NCBI RefSeq assembly: GCF_036321535.1
Contig: NC_087436.1
Span: 22,074,001-22,138,000 of the forward strand
DNA length: 64,000 nucleotides
Direction of reading: 5' to 3'
Source of the DNA: Camelus dromedarius
Taxonomy: Eukaryota
The notes under the pieces were generated by a model. That model searched no databases and had not been told where the DNA came from. It saw only the letters and a program-made list of their open reading frames with translations. Below, piece by piece: positions 47,936-61,614 of the stretch. Numbering within the stretch: the first letter of the stretch is position 1; the number at the start of each line of letters is the position of its first letter. A program made the translations under genes and the position numbers.

Positions 47936-50900
47936 TTTTACTATTTTTTCCTTTTATTGATTAGCTCTTCTGGCCTTAGGTCATTTGATGTTGATTTTTG
48001 TTGTTCCCAGGTGAGAATTAGATGAATTATATACAACTTGTCTGCAAACAGTATCTGATGCAAAGCAGGTGCCCATCCGGCTTGTCACCTATTATTAAAA
48101 TTATCATCGCCATCAGTATTATTATTTCCCATTTCATCCAACTAGACTGTCTTTCATTTATAATTTAAATGGCTCTGCAGTAGTATATTCTGCATTTTTC
48201 TTTATGTTCCTGATCCATTTTCATGAGGCTGGAGGTACGGCCATGGAAACCAATTAGCACTTCTTTAGTTTGCATTATTCAGAAGATGTCATATTTGTCA
48301 GATTGCAAATTAGAGTTTTCAGCCGCTGAAGGGACAACACGTACTCAGAGTACACTTCAATAGCTCCTCGTTTGTATAGAAAAGCCTGAGATCTTTCCTC
48401 TTTTAAAATGCAAATCACATAAAGTTAATATCTGTACACAAAGACCTACCTGCTTAAGAAGTTGGAGAGCTAATTTGGCTTTGAAGATAATTTGCAGGAA
48501 TGATTAGGCCTGCAAGGAATTAGAGTTGACCTGAAAATTTTGTATTGGATTTGCTCATATTTACCAAAGTCGCTTTCATCATTATTACCCTGTATTTCTG
48601 CTTCTGTGCACACATTTATATCAGCTTTTTCCAAGCAGTGTTATTTGGAACATTGGTAACTGTTCAGCTTTTAGTATGATTTCTTTGAATGAAGAAGCTT
48701 TATGTCAAGTAAATTGGAAAATGCTATATTTAAGAAAAAAGTGAAATGAGTTACTTTATTGTGGAACTTCTTAGAGCCTCCATTTGTCCTCCAGGCCTTG
48801 TGGGACCTTCCAAGGAAACATGGCCTAGAGCTTTTCCCAAATTAATTTGAACACAAGAAGCTTTCTTCATGGAGCCCCTATTAACAGCGCATCAGCCACT
48901 GCGTTTCAAGAAAAACAGCAACATAGTTGAGAAAATGCTGATTTGGGACAACAAAAACAAGCAAGTATTTTCCAGAGAAATACACGAAGGACCCTGCATA
49001 TGAATTCATCCACTTTTCCCAAAGTGAACATTTTTTCTAACGCACACCTCTGTAGGCAGGCGTGTGGTCTTCATCCAAAGGAACACTCACTCCTGCACAC
49101 ACACAGCCTCCACCTCCATGCGTTGCACTCTGATCCGCATGCAGTCAGCCACCCTGATTTCCCCCACCCCCTCTTGCCAACCTTTGCTAACCCTGTGGCA
49201 TTTTACACCCAGGGCATGACCTATATAGGCACCGATTTGTGAAGCTGGTACAGAATGTGTGGGAAGGGGAAAAAGGAGTGACAATATACCTGATCTCTCG
49301 TTACGTTCATTGACAGATTCTTTTTAAGCTTGCGTAAGTGGACACACACTTACTTTCACAATTACCTAAAATCATAACTACCCAAACTGAACTTAGGTCT
49401 TCCCCTGAAAGCTCTGCCTTTTGGTGCTGGTCCTTTCTTGGTTAAACTAAGAACCATCAGGTACCCTAACTGTAGCCCAAGCTGGAAATCTCAGCATCAT
49501 TTTCAGCTCATCCCTTCTACAATTCTCATCTGATCATGCTCTTTTCCTGCCTTCATCTTTATATTTCTTCCTGTCCCCACCCTGAAATGAACATGAACAT
49601 GAACATGAAAATAAGTGTGCAAAATCCCTCAGCCAAGATACACAAGATAGTAAGTCTGCTTTTTCAGCCTCATCTGCAGCCACACACATCACCCTTGACA
49701 CTGATCACCACTTCCTTTGTCATTTATAGTGGCTTATGTGCACGTAACACTTTCTAAAGGTGGAGTCAGAGTCTGTATTTTTTTTTGGAAACTCCTCCAG
49801 GTTTTGAGCTCAGTTTCAACTTCAGCCAACAAGACTGCGCAACAGTGTTTGTACGTGGAGATGGTGCGCGTTGGACTCTTTCCAACACTGGTGTTCTATT
49901 GTCTTCCCTCCAGTTTTTGGTATTTCTTGCCCGGGATGGTCTTACCCATCTGAAGCCCCTGGTATTCTCCAAATTTACTCTTATTAGGAACTGAGAGGCA
50001 GTAGTCTACAGACATGTCAGTGAAAAGGTCTGGTCACCATCCCCAACCAGGCTCCTCAATTTCCTATGACCAAATTGACCATTTTCCTATCATTAGGTTT
50101 TTGAGGGGTCCCTGAAGAAGCAGGTCAGAACTCACTGTTCCTGCCCCAGCTAGCACAAGCTTAATGACCTCTGGAAGGTCACTATTCTCAACTGTTCCCA
50201 TTGAGGTTTGGCTTTGTTTTTCCATTTGCGCATTGTCAGTTCCACTTAATATAGATGAGTGAGCTGGGCTGGAGGTACCACCCCTGAGGAACTGCAGAAA
50301 GTTGCCTGCCCCTTAACAATGTATTCCCCCAATGTATTGTATTGGCTCTAGCCTAGGATTCTCCACCCCAGTCCGTTAAGTGAAATTCACTGATGCCTGT
50401 TGTTCTGTGAAATAGCATGGCTGGCTCATAGTAAAAGTATGTTTGAAAGAAATTGTTTGCAGTAAGACTTCAGTAGGTAAGGAATGAAGTCAGGAAAAGG
50501 AAGACAAATATAGTTTTATTAGTGGAAGATAGGGAAAACTAGAAAATACACAAAGTCATATGGTAAAAGATTTTAAGAAGGCAGAAGAAAAGGATGAGGT
50601 CAGAGCTAAAAAGACGTAGAGTAAGAGTGAGGAAAGAAGAGAACAGACACAATTATTTGCTCCACTTAGTTACTTTTAATACCAATATAAGCAAATTGTT
50701 TTTCTCAAGGCAGTGCTACAAAGGGGTTGGCTGCTTCTAATAGTGGGCCCAGCCTATTTTGTGGGTGATCCATTGGGTGCCTTGATCAATGTACTCAAAC
50801 TCATTGGAATTTGATAGAAAAAAAATTAGGTAATTAAAGGTTCTTCTGTATACCTCATGTGGCACTGGTAAGTTTGTTGCGTCATGAGACAGTTTACCAT

Positions 50901-53399
50901 CTTACATAGAAAGTAAGTTTAAAAATTAACTGAAATCATTGAATGAAGGTTTAATTGGATCTGATTTAAGTGTTACTGTATATATATTACATTATTACAG
51001 GCAAATGAAATGACAAAATTTGCTTGTAGATACATACTTCTTTCTGATGTTTGCACATGTACATTGGAAAGTAAACAAACACATTTCTTTAGAACTTAAT
51101 ATAAAGATTGATTAAAAACAAATTTAAGGTGCTAGAATAAACTTGGTCTAATCCTCATCCGTCCATCAAAGACCAGAGCAGAAAAGTTGAGTTTAATTTT
51201 ATTTTTATCTTCCTCGACATCGATGAAATCTCTCTAATTCAAAGCAGCTTTAAAAGTTTCAATCCTAAACTTAGAAATAGTGTATAGTGGGGATTATTCT
51301 TCTCTTATCTAGAATCAAACTGAAGATTTTCCAGGGACCTCCACAGTAAATAGGAGAGACAGTCGCTAACAGTTTTGGGGTTTCCTTGTTTGCTGGGCAG
51401 ACTGCCAACTAACACTAAATTTCTCGGCTATTGAGATTTAACTGTGGTACCGGTAAGCATGAACTGCTTCTGTGACCAGGAGATATAGCTTTTAAAGCAC
51501 TTTAAGGATCAGCCTGTGATTATAACACTGGACAAAGTTAGAGTTTCATTACTGTCACCAAGAGTTGAGTTACTTCAAATTTCTTCATCTGTCTACTGAT
51601 GATAATAATGCCACTGAGATGAGCTTAAATTATGGGTTCATAAGATAGATTTTAATAAAAGGATCTTTTTATACTTTAATAGGGAAAAAAAACGTTTTCT
51701 CTCTACCTCTTATTTCATGCCATCTCTTCTTCCTTTCAACCCCCACTAGTCCTTGAAACAAATACTATTTGAGTGAGGTTATCTTTCCCACCAAGTTCAT
51801 TTGAAAAATATATTGAGACAATAAAGGCTATGTGAAGGTTCCACAGAGTGGAGAAAAGGTGAAAAACACATATAATTGTTTTCATAGTATTTGCTATGAA
51901 ATTGTACCATTTTTTCAGATTGTGTTTGTAAATTCAAAAAAGTTTGTGAGTTCAAAAAAGCTAGCAGGAACATGATGAGGCAGCAAAACTTGCTGAGTTT
52001 TAAGGCTAAAGTGAACAAAAAAATGGGAATACGTGTATTCTGGAGAGTGTTTTTCCTTTTTTACACCCTACAAGCCCATTCCGCAATCAAAGTTTCTCAG
52101 GCTTTTCACCTAAAGCCTTCCCCATAGAGAGATGGAGACAGAAAGGATGACTGATGAGTTTCCAAGGGATGAGGAGATTTTCCTTCTGAAACTAGTTTTA
52201 AGAATAGAATCCTGGGCAACTCTGAACCTAGAGGAAAGGCTGAGAATGGGGGACAAGCAACATTTTGTAACAACAGATGAATACTTATTCTAGGAAAGCC
52301 TTTCCCCTCCTGTTTTTGTCATACATATTAATATTCAGAGCATAAAGCTGACTTGTGAGCCTCCAGTGCAGGCAGTAGGATGGCCATGCAGATTACCTCC
52401 CATGTTAGCTGGGACTGGAAACCAAGTCACGTCACTTCTAAGTAAAATTGTGGTCCAAGTTCTGTCATTAACTGAACATATAGCTTCAGGAAGTAGCTTT
52501 TTGTGTGTGCTTCAATTTTATCATCTCAAAAATGAAGATTTTGGATTCTGTGATGAGCTGTGAGGTCCGTAGGGGTAGGAGCCCAAGGACTGTCTCCATC
52601 TGTGACTTACTTAATAGGGGAACAGGGTCAGGGAGGTGGGGGTGGAGGGAGGCTGTGGACAGAGGGAGGTAAGGAGGTCATTTTTTCATTACTTAGAGGG
52701 CCCAACTAGTGAATTATACAAGGAAAAGTATTGGTTTTTATTGGATAACCTCCATGTTCCTGGAAAACAGTCCTTCCAGGATCAGCTTTAACTGGGAAGT
52801 CTAGAAACAGAGGTACTGCTTGGAGTTCTGAGGGCAGCTCACCATCCTCATCTATGATTGGGAGTAAGAGGACCTCACAAGGTTAACATTGTGGTTTTTA
52901 AAAAGTAATACATGCAATGCAATTAAAATAGTGCCTGGTGCATAGCACCCCCCGAAAAAAAAAAAGAAAGAAAGCAAGCAGCTGTCATCATCATCATAAA
53001 CCCGAGTCTCATAACCCTAAGCCTTAATAGCTTTTTCTTTTTTCAAAAATGAGTATCCAGCAACTCCTGGCTGTTTATTCCTGCTGCCTTTCGTCGTACG
53101 TTTCCTCCACCTATGGCCAGCCTGGTCCAGTGGGTGATCGATCAGTGCCAGTCTCGTTGGGAAAGTGACATTCAAGCAAAAACTTGAAGGAGAAATTATC
53201 CATGTTTTAAAATTCATTGATAAAAGGGTATTTTAAAAAGTATCTGCTCAATGCTCTCAATAAAGTTGTGCAGCACATCAATTTATTAAACAATGGCAGG
53301 ACGCAGAAGAGAGACTCTAATGTTAAAAACATAATAGCTTAAATAAAACCACACTGCAAATAAGAAATAATAATTTGATAATGCAGAAAACTTAATCAG

Positions 53400-54340
53400 C
53401 ATAAAGGAAAAACACTCCTGTGTGTTTTTCATTTATGACGCACACAGAACACTTCACTTCTGACACTTTTGGTCACCAAATGTGTGGGATTTTCCCCACA
53501 CCAGGCAACTCTCTGTGATACCAACTGCATGTCCCACAATTCAACTTAATTCTGTAACTAACCAGACTTAGTGCAGACCCCACAAGTTTAGGGTTCAGCC
53601 CCATAAGACTGCCCCCGACTTCAGATGCCAGTCATAGGTAAGTAGTAGGTCAGGTTACCCACAAGTTCTGTTCGATTTGATTACATATCAGAACTTCCCA
53701 TGACTCTGTCCTTGGATTTAGTCATTTTCTAGAACACTTCACAGAACTCCAGGAAGCACTTACTTACTTTTACCAGTTTATTGTATACTAAAGGATATCG
53801 TAAAGAATACAGATGATCAGCCAGATAAAGAGATCCATAGGGCAAGGTCTAGAAGGGTCCTGAGAGCAGGAGCTTCTGTCCCTGTGAAGTTGGGAGGCAC
53901 TACGCTCCCAGTACATGAATGCTTTCACCAACCCAGAAGCTCTCTGAACCCTATAATTTGAGACTTTTATGCAGGGTTCATCATATAGGTATGATCGAGC
54001 ATTCACTCTATTTCCAGCCCCTCTCCCCTTCGAGGAAGGCAAGTGTGGAGCTGGAAGTTCCAAGCTGCCAATCCTGTCTTGGTCTTTCTGGTGACCATCC
54101 CCCATCCAGAAGCCCACCAACCATGGACTCATTTGAACAAAAAATACTCTTATCACCCTGGAAAGTCCAAGCGACTTAGGAGATCTGTGTCAGGAACCAG
54201 GGTCAAAGCCCAACACTGAGCACAAATGATTCTCCTAGTGCACTTATCACTTGGGGAATTATAAGGATTTTAGGAGTTCTGTGCCAAGAACTGAGATGAG
54301 AGACCTCTCTCTATGTATATTTTTCTATTATTTCACCATC
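53400..54340 (-). mobile_element. MER21-like (ERVL) solo LTR
   Basis: acttctgacacttttggtcaccaaatgtgtggg...cagaccccacaag...aagactgcccccgacttcagatgcca...ttttaggagttctgtgccaagaac; about 940 bp. Confidence 0.85.
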
Positions 54341-54454
54341 AGTAAAGCAAAGGATAAACCCAAGCAATATTCCAGATTTTAAAACACTAGTAATAATTGT
54401 GTCCCCTCACTTTTCCACTGCTTCCACCACCAGTACCACCACCAACAAAATAGT

Positions 54455-54600
54455 GGTTACTGAATGTTTGCACAGAATGTCTTGTTTAAGCTTCAAAATA
54501 TTTCATAAGGTAGAAGTATTATTGTCACCATTTTATAAATGAGAAACTTAAGCTTAAAAGTGTTAAGTAAATTGTCCAATACCACATTGCTAGTAAGTTC
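54455..54600 (-). mobile_element. MIR SINE
   Basis: ccattttataaatgagaaacttaagcttaaaagtgttaagtaaattgtccaataccaca. Confidence 0.7.
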
Positions 54601-54862
54601 CAGAGAAAATGAAAAAAAAAAAAACCAGAATGAATAAGAGAGAAAAGAATTCATAGGCACAACAATTTATAGGTTTGCAATAATGTACTTATTTAAAGGA
54701 AGAGATGGCAGATTCAGTAATCAAAGTCAGATTAAGATAAAACTTTCCTGAGAGCCGCAAGTGTAATTCAAGTGAGTTTGCTGTGTTTGAAGCAAAAAGT
54801 AATGAACAATGACCAGTGTTAAGTTATATTCTGGTAGTTTTTAAAGTTTGAAGTTTTAAGAG

Positions 54863-55221
54863 TGCAATGGACTGAAGTATTCCCCCAACTGCATCTGTTG
54901 AAGCCCCGAACTCCACGGGGACGGTATTTGGAGATGGGCTCTTTGGGAAGTAACTGAAGTGAGACGGGGTCATACAGGTGGGGCCCTCACAATGGGATTA
55001 GTGCTCCTCTAAGATGAGACCCCAGGGAGCTTGCGCGCGCGTGCGCGCTCTCTCTGCCATGTGAGGGCGCAGGGAGAAGGCAGCTGACTGCCAGTCAGGA
55101 AGAGATTTCTCACCAGAATCTGGCCACGCTGGCGCCCTGATCATGGGCTTCTGGAAGCATTTTCTGTTGTTTAAACTAACCAGACCATGGTATCTTAGAA
55201 CAGCCTGAGCAGGCTAAGGCA
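54863..55221 (+). mobile_element. MaLR solo LTR (MLT1A/MST-like)
   Basis: tgcaatggactgaag...gtatttggagatgggctctttgggaagtaa...gggattagtgctcct...ctgccatgtgaggg...cagcctgagcaggctaaggca. Confidence 0.88.
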
Positions 55222-55337
55222 AAGAGGGATTTGGTTCCGACAGAGTTCTTTGAATATACTTTAAAGTCATATCCCCAATAGATTAACTGTGTTTTCTTTG
55301 TTGTCATCAGTAAAAATTAAATTATAAAAGTTATCGC

Positions 55338-56170
55338 CATTGCTGCACATCTGTAGTGAGCCATAGACACGAATCTCTGCTTCTCTGCTTCAAGGAATGG
55401 GGTTATTAAAATTGTCAAGAATGAGGCCTATTTCAAAAGATACCAAATGAACTTTACAAGAAGGTAAAACTGATTGTTGTGCTTGGAAATAGTTAGCAAC
55501 GCAGGATAAAAATAAGTACAGTACACTTAGATGTGGGATGATGGTCCATGTAACCAGAAGAGACGTCATTTGTCAGGTTGCTTATGACTGCATTAAAGAG
55601 GCTGAGCTGGTCTGTGCAACTTATATTCATGAGCTCTCAAAGTATGGGGTGGAAGTATTTTTGCATCTGGATGCAGTTCACACTGGAAATACCCCTGGAA
55701 ATAAAGTTTGGGGGGCTCTGAAGGGAGCTGTGGAAAGAAGCTTTTCCATCCCTCACAGAACTGAACAATTACCTGGTTATGGTTCAGAAAGCAGAGAATT
55801 CGAGGCAGAATTACCTTGGAAGCACATCATGAATCAAAACATTGCAGATTGTATATGGAAGGAAATGTGATGTTTAAACGAGACAGTTCTCTCAGTGCAT
55901 AAGGGAGGCAACTCCAGGCACAGAGGGGGAGTACAAGGAAGTCCATGCCGCCGTATGAGAGGATCTTATCTCTGAGAAGACACCTAAGGAAAAAGTTAAA
56001 AAGAAGGGCTAGAGTTATCCCCAAATGTCTCTTGCTCAGAAGACAGATCAAGTAGAGCAGAGCTTTGGCATGGGCTTGGGAGAGTTGAACCAGAACACCA
56101 CAACTGTATGAAGATTTTTCAGATAAGGACAATCAACTTACTGACCAAGAAGCTAAAAATAAATACGTTT
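55338..56170 (+). pseudogene. RPL5: Processed pseudogene of ribosomal protein L5 (uL18), degenerate, with an internal deletion
   Basis: ATG at 55397 (atggggttattaaaattgtcaagaatgaggcctatttcaaaagatacc, resembling MGFVKVVKNKAYFKRY). ORF 55538-55870 gives RDVICQVAY..HELSKYGV..GNKVWGALKGAV..SIPH..PGYGSESREFEAE..KHIMNQNIAD. It is intronless with frameshifts and stops, RPL5-like UTR remnants, an A-rich tail and a degenerate TSD. Confidence 0.95.
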
Positions 56171-57957
56171 AAGAGTTACCACAATTTCATCTTTTGGTTT
56201 TCAGAAATAATTTTAAAAAAATCAGATGTGGGCTTCTGGTTTCTGCTATTCTTAAATATCTGTGCTGCTGATGACCTGTGAGGTGACCTTGAGCCTTTCT
56301 CTTAAACAATCCGGGCCTCAGTGTCGACAAAGCGAATTGGGTGATGTTTAAGGTTATTTTCTGCTTTAAGCATTCTGATTTTCTTCAATCCTAATTCTGA
56401 GTTCTGAGGACTTTATCTTAGAATAAAAGAGAAAACAGCTGCATTCAGGGTTATTTAAAGCTAGTGAAACTTACTTGGAACACAGACTTCAATTCAGTTC
56501 TCAAATATTTACCAAAGGGTATATAGCGCTCACTCTTGAATTGAAAATTTTAATCCTGTGACTTTTCATTTTTACTGCCTTTCTGCTTCCTGTTAGAATT
56601 TCAGTCTGCCAAAGACCAAAAGCCATTTGTTTTCCTACATGGATTTTTAAAAAAGATGTGATATGACCTTTTAATTCCTCAGTGATAGTCTTAGAATCAG
56701 AAATCTTAAAATAATGTTTTAAAAGGGAGATATTCAGATAACAAGTAATGGCTTTCTCATGCACTTTATGTTGAAAAACAGGTGCAGGCCATTCGATTTA
56801 TTCCTGCTGATCTTCAGAATCTATTTAGCATGAATAAAAGCAGTATACTGTATCCATACAGCAGGGTATCTTGAACTTTACCTTAATTACTTTTCTTCCT
56901 TTTAACAAAAGAAGTTCTGTAGAAATCTGTATTGTTCTATCTAGACTGATTTAACTGTGAATCAGTCACATTTTGACCTCGAAAATAATTACCAGATGAT
57001 TTAGTAATGCGTTGTTAAGACTATGTAGCAGAACAAGTTAAAAATCAGAAAATGGGAAATTTCAGATCTTCAGAGTATTTTTAAATTACTGCTGCCCTGT
57101 CTGCCCGTGCATATTTTGCCTAGCTAAACGGAGTTTCCTTATTGTGGCAGGAACTGTTACTCATTCTCGGGTGACTGGTCACCACACAGAAGCCCTGTGT
57201 TCCAAGGTCACCCTTCATCCACATGGCTGCTCATCATTTTACCTGTTAGTCCACTCCCTACTATGGCTCTGATGCCCTCTGCTCCCCAGCTTTATTCTGA
57301 TCCCTGAGGTCCCTCCTCAGCCCCGACCCCTATCCTCATTCATTTCTCTTTGTTTAACTGGAAGCTGGCTCTCTCCTCTGCAGCCCCGCCAAGTGGCTGC
57401 CCTTCATACCTGCTGCGGGATGAACCTCCTCTGAAAACTCCCCGGAACTGAGGCTTATGGCTTCTGACATACCACTGGGTCCTCAGCATTACTAGGGTGG
57501 ACCTCCCCTCATTTCATGAAGATCTTAACTTGCAGTTCACTGTGTCTCTTCAGCATTATTCCTCCTATACATTTTGGGATTCAGTGGTCACCACAGATGA
57601 TCATTGGTCTTTCAGGCTTTTCTCTGTCCTACCTCAGCAACCCACTCCTGTGGTCATCCCCTTGGTCTTGTCGTTAATCCCATCCCCACCCAGAGTCTTA
57701 ACTTTAAGTTCATATTTAAGTATTCTATTTTCTGATTTCCATCTCCTATGTTTCCAGTGTACTCTTTCTAGGTGCTCTTTGACTGCACCAACTCATTGAC
57801 TGCAAAGTCATGTTTCTACCCGCCCATCCTCCTCCCCCATATCCACTCTTCTTTTCTTATCCAGTTGAGATTCCATGGTCCATCACTGAGAAATCACAAT
57901 TTCTTCTCATACGTCCTCAACTCCTGTGCCCCTTTTACTGTACTCCTTGAGCAAAGT

Positions 57958-57998
57958 ATAGGTAGATTGAAAGATAGGTAGGTAGGTAGGTAGGTAGG

Positions 57999-58044
<46 letters not shown>
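57958..58044. repeat. Compound (TAGG)n(TAGA)n microsatellite
   Basis: Directly visible. Confidence 0.97.
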
Positions 58045-58045
<1 letters not shown>

Positions 58046-59611
58046 AGTAAAAATAAATGCTACAACAAAAACTGTGATCAAATACATTTTGTTCACCTCC
58101 TCCATACTTGAGTCTCTGTAGCAGTGTGGGCTAGGAAAACCTGACTTCCATGAGGCCAGGTTTCAGCTGGGTTCCTGCCGTAACTTCATGGGTATCCTCA
58201 CTGGTACTCTACAGTCCTACTATATTTCCCCGGTCCATTTGCTCTCCCACTTTCCTGGACTGTTATTTTACACCTCTTTGTTCCCAGAACCTCCAAAATA
58301 TCCCCCCTCTTCCTCATTCTTTGCTGATGTATCTGGTTTCTGTTTCACTGAGAAGAGGAATTTGACAATTTCCCACGCTGTATTTATCAACCTACCAGCA
58401 TCTACTCTGCCTTCCTTCCTGTTGCTATAGATAAAGTCAGCTTCATGTCTCAAGTCATCTCCACTAGTCTTTTAGATTCTGTCTCTTCTCACTTGTCCTA
58501 GAACATTACTCCAGCAATTATCCCCTTTCACTCTTGTATCGTAAATTACTCCGGCTCTGCTAGGTCATGTCTGTTAGCACAAACATACTACTGAATCTCC
58601 CACATCGCCTTCTAACTTATGCTTCATTTCCCTGTTCTTTACAGGAGAGCCACTTTGAGAGCTGTGTCTGCTTTGCCTCTTCTGATTGTGTTTTGAACCC
58701 GTTCTCATCAAGCTTTCATCCCCAACACTCAACCTAAACAGCTACAGTCACTATCAGGGATGAATGGCTTCTACGTTGTCAAATCCCAGGGACAGTTCTC
58801 AGTGTTCCTTTTCCTTGGTGTATCTGCACGATGGGTCATTCCCTCCTTAAAACACATTCCTCACTTGGTATCTGAAGTACCAGACTTTCTTTTTCCCTTC
58901 CTTCCTCCAGGAAGCTGGCTGTCCCTCTTCCGTTTCTTCTGCAGGTTGTTTATCACCTTGACCTCTAAATGTCAAAGTGGCCTGTATCTCAGCTTAGGAA
59001 TGTTTCTTTTCTCACCCTTCATTCACTCACTTCCATCCAGCCTCGGAGCTTTTAATATCATCTGTATCTTGATGTTTCCCGTATTTTGGTCTCTAGCCTT
59101 GACTGATGCCTTGAGCTCCAGACTCTCATATCCAAACACCCAATGACATCTTTACTTGAACTTGAAATGTCTCAAATACAAAATGTTCAAAACTGAGCTC
59201 CTCGCTCTTGCCTGCTGCCCACTCCTTCCCCTAAAATCCTTTTATCCTCACAGTCTTCCCATCTCAGGAAACTGCAATTCCACCCCTTCCTTTGTTCAGG
59301 TGATAATCTCTGTAGTCTCTGATTACTCTTTTTCTTATCTCTATATCCAACCAATCACAAGACCTCGTTAGTTCCACCTTCAAAATCAAACTAGAATCTG
59401 ACACATCTCAACTTCACTCAGATTTTTTTCTGTGTCATCTTCATGCTTCTCTCTTTGCTCCCTTACAGTCTATTCTCTGCCTTACAGCCCAAATTCTCAC
59501 TTTAAAACCTGTGTCTATTCAGTCTTCGTTGGTCCTCTACCTCACTCAGAGTAAGAAGCAAAGTTTTGACAGTGGCCTCTAAAGCTCTAGATTATCTCAT
59601 TCACCATTACT

Positions 59612-60171
59612 TGTGGTTGGCAGAATGTTAAGATGTCCCTTAAGATTCCCACTTCCCTGAGATAAACGTCCTGCAGCATCCCATCCCCTTGAGTGTGGTT
59701 AGGACCTGTGAATATATGATGGGGTAATCACTGCCTTTATTTAGTTATTCCATATCCCAAAGGTGATGGGACAGTCACTCCTGTAACTGAGATACCATCT
59801 CAGCAGACTAGAGAGAGAAAGTCTCCTGATAGCCTTGAAAAAGCCAACAGTCATCTTGTGTGTGGTAAAAATCGGAGCTGAGCATCATCTCGGTTGATCA
59901 CTAGCAAGAAAACGAGGACCCTAGTCACACGGCCATAAGGAAATAAATTCTACCAACAACCTGAACGAGCCAGCAGAGGATTCTTCCCTAGGTGGACTCT
60001 TCCCTAAAGCCTCCTTGTGGGAGTGCAGCTCAGCCTTCATCTTGGCTTTAGCCCTGAGTAGATGACTTAGCGCAGCTTTTGATCTGTAGAAACGATGAGG
60101 TAGTAAATCGGTGTTGTTTTAAGTTAGTGGGTTTGTGGTCATTCATTATGCAGTGATATAAAATTAATACA
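59612..60171 (+). mobile_element. MLT1E/F-like LTR inserted in L2
   Basis: tgtggttggcagaatgttaagatg...cccttgagtgtggttaggacctgtgaata...aaggaaataaattctaccaacaacctgaa...attaataca. Confidence 0.87.
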
Positions 60172-61614
60172 TACCTCTCTGACTTAGTCTTCTAGTACTT
60201 TCTCCCCATCTACCCAGCTTCAGCCACCATGGGGTCTTGGCTCTTCCTTGAACACGGGGACCATGTTCCACTGTAAGACCTTTAGACCATCTGGTTCTTC
60301 TACCTTCAAACATCTTCCCCTAAGAAAGATATGTGGCTCACTTCCTTGTGTCCTTTAGGTGTTTGTTCAAATGGCATTTTCTGGGTTTTGACCACCTCAT
60401 TTTTGTATTTCTATGGAAATTCATAATTTGGGAAACTCTTTTTTTCATTAAAAATATTGTCATATTAGAGGAGGATAAAATATTTTTAAAATTGCAAAAT
60501 TTTGTAACTCAATATCTGAAGAATTTAAAACAAATCTAAATGTGATTAAGCAGAAAAATATAGGCACTAGTAATTGCTTGGTTTCAGAGTGTATGCCTCA
60601 TTGTACAATTTAAAGCTTAGTGAATTTCTTACCACAGAGGTTTGAAATACATTATATTCTAAAGTTATGTTCATACACTATACAACTTTGACCTTTTAAT
60701 GCTAGCTTTACAAAAAGTCTCTTTGCACTATTTCCTACTATTAAGAAACTGACATAAAACCCAAAAGCACAAAACTTCTAATAAATATATGTAATTCAAA
60801 ATTTGAATATTAAATATTGACCCATCACTCTGATCCTAATTATTTAATAATTGAATCCTTTAATTCTCTATGCCTGTTATCTCTGGAATGTTTTTTCAAA
60901 GTAGCTTAGAGTATTTTGATTGGTTTTGTGACATTTACAAACCATTGTTGTAAAGAATTTCTGCTGTAGGAACATGTCCATTTTAGTAAGAAAAAAAATT
61001 TTTGCCTAGCTGTCTATCCTGGTTGTTTGGTTTTTAAAATGTCTATATTTTTTGCTTTTAAAAAAATGTCTGCATTAAGTCAGGTTTCCCAGCAGTCTGT
61101 ATATAACCTCCTGTAAAACCTTTCTTGCTACTATTCCCTTCCTCTTCCAGTGGTCTCGGCTTAATATGTAGAGTGCTTTTTCCCTTTCAATCTTTTTCTT
61201 TCTCTTAATAATTCAAACTAATAAATATAATAAAATAAACTAACTCAACAGGAAGCCTTAGCAATAGTTTCTCTTTTGTAAATCTAAACATGAGTAAATT
61301 CAGACAGTGGGTGGCCAGTTGATCTATCCCATGAACAGGAGCCATTGGCTTGGGAAATTCATTGCACCGCCTGCATGAGCAATTTTTTTCTCCATTCTCT
61401 GACGAAATACCCGCCATTTTTCAGGTGGAGAAGTTTCCTTCCTCTCACATGTGACATTTCTGTGTCGGCAGATATTTTGAAAGCATAGAGCATGGTATAA
61501 GTGACACTTTGACTCAAATAAATGTTGCCAGAAATTAGATTTTGTTCGCATGGAAGGGAATAGCCATTTAGTAATGTGGTTTTGTATTCACAGACTAAAT
61601 GGCTGTTAGTTTGT

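Larger units (their letters stand above)
57230..60390 (+). mobile_element. Long degenerate L2 LINE, interrupted by a microsatellite and an MLT1 LTR
   Basis: Pyrimidine-rich with L2 motifs (gtcaaatcccagggacagttctcagt, tgagctccagactctcatatccaa, ccaccttcaaaatcaaactagaatctgac, ggctcacttccttgtgtcctttagg). Confidence 0.8.

Noticed and set aside
53788..54179. ORFs within the MER21-like LTR
   Set aside because: They lie in LTR sequence with no gag/pol/env similarity.
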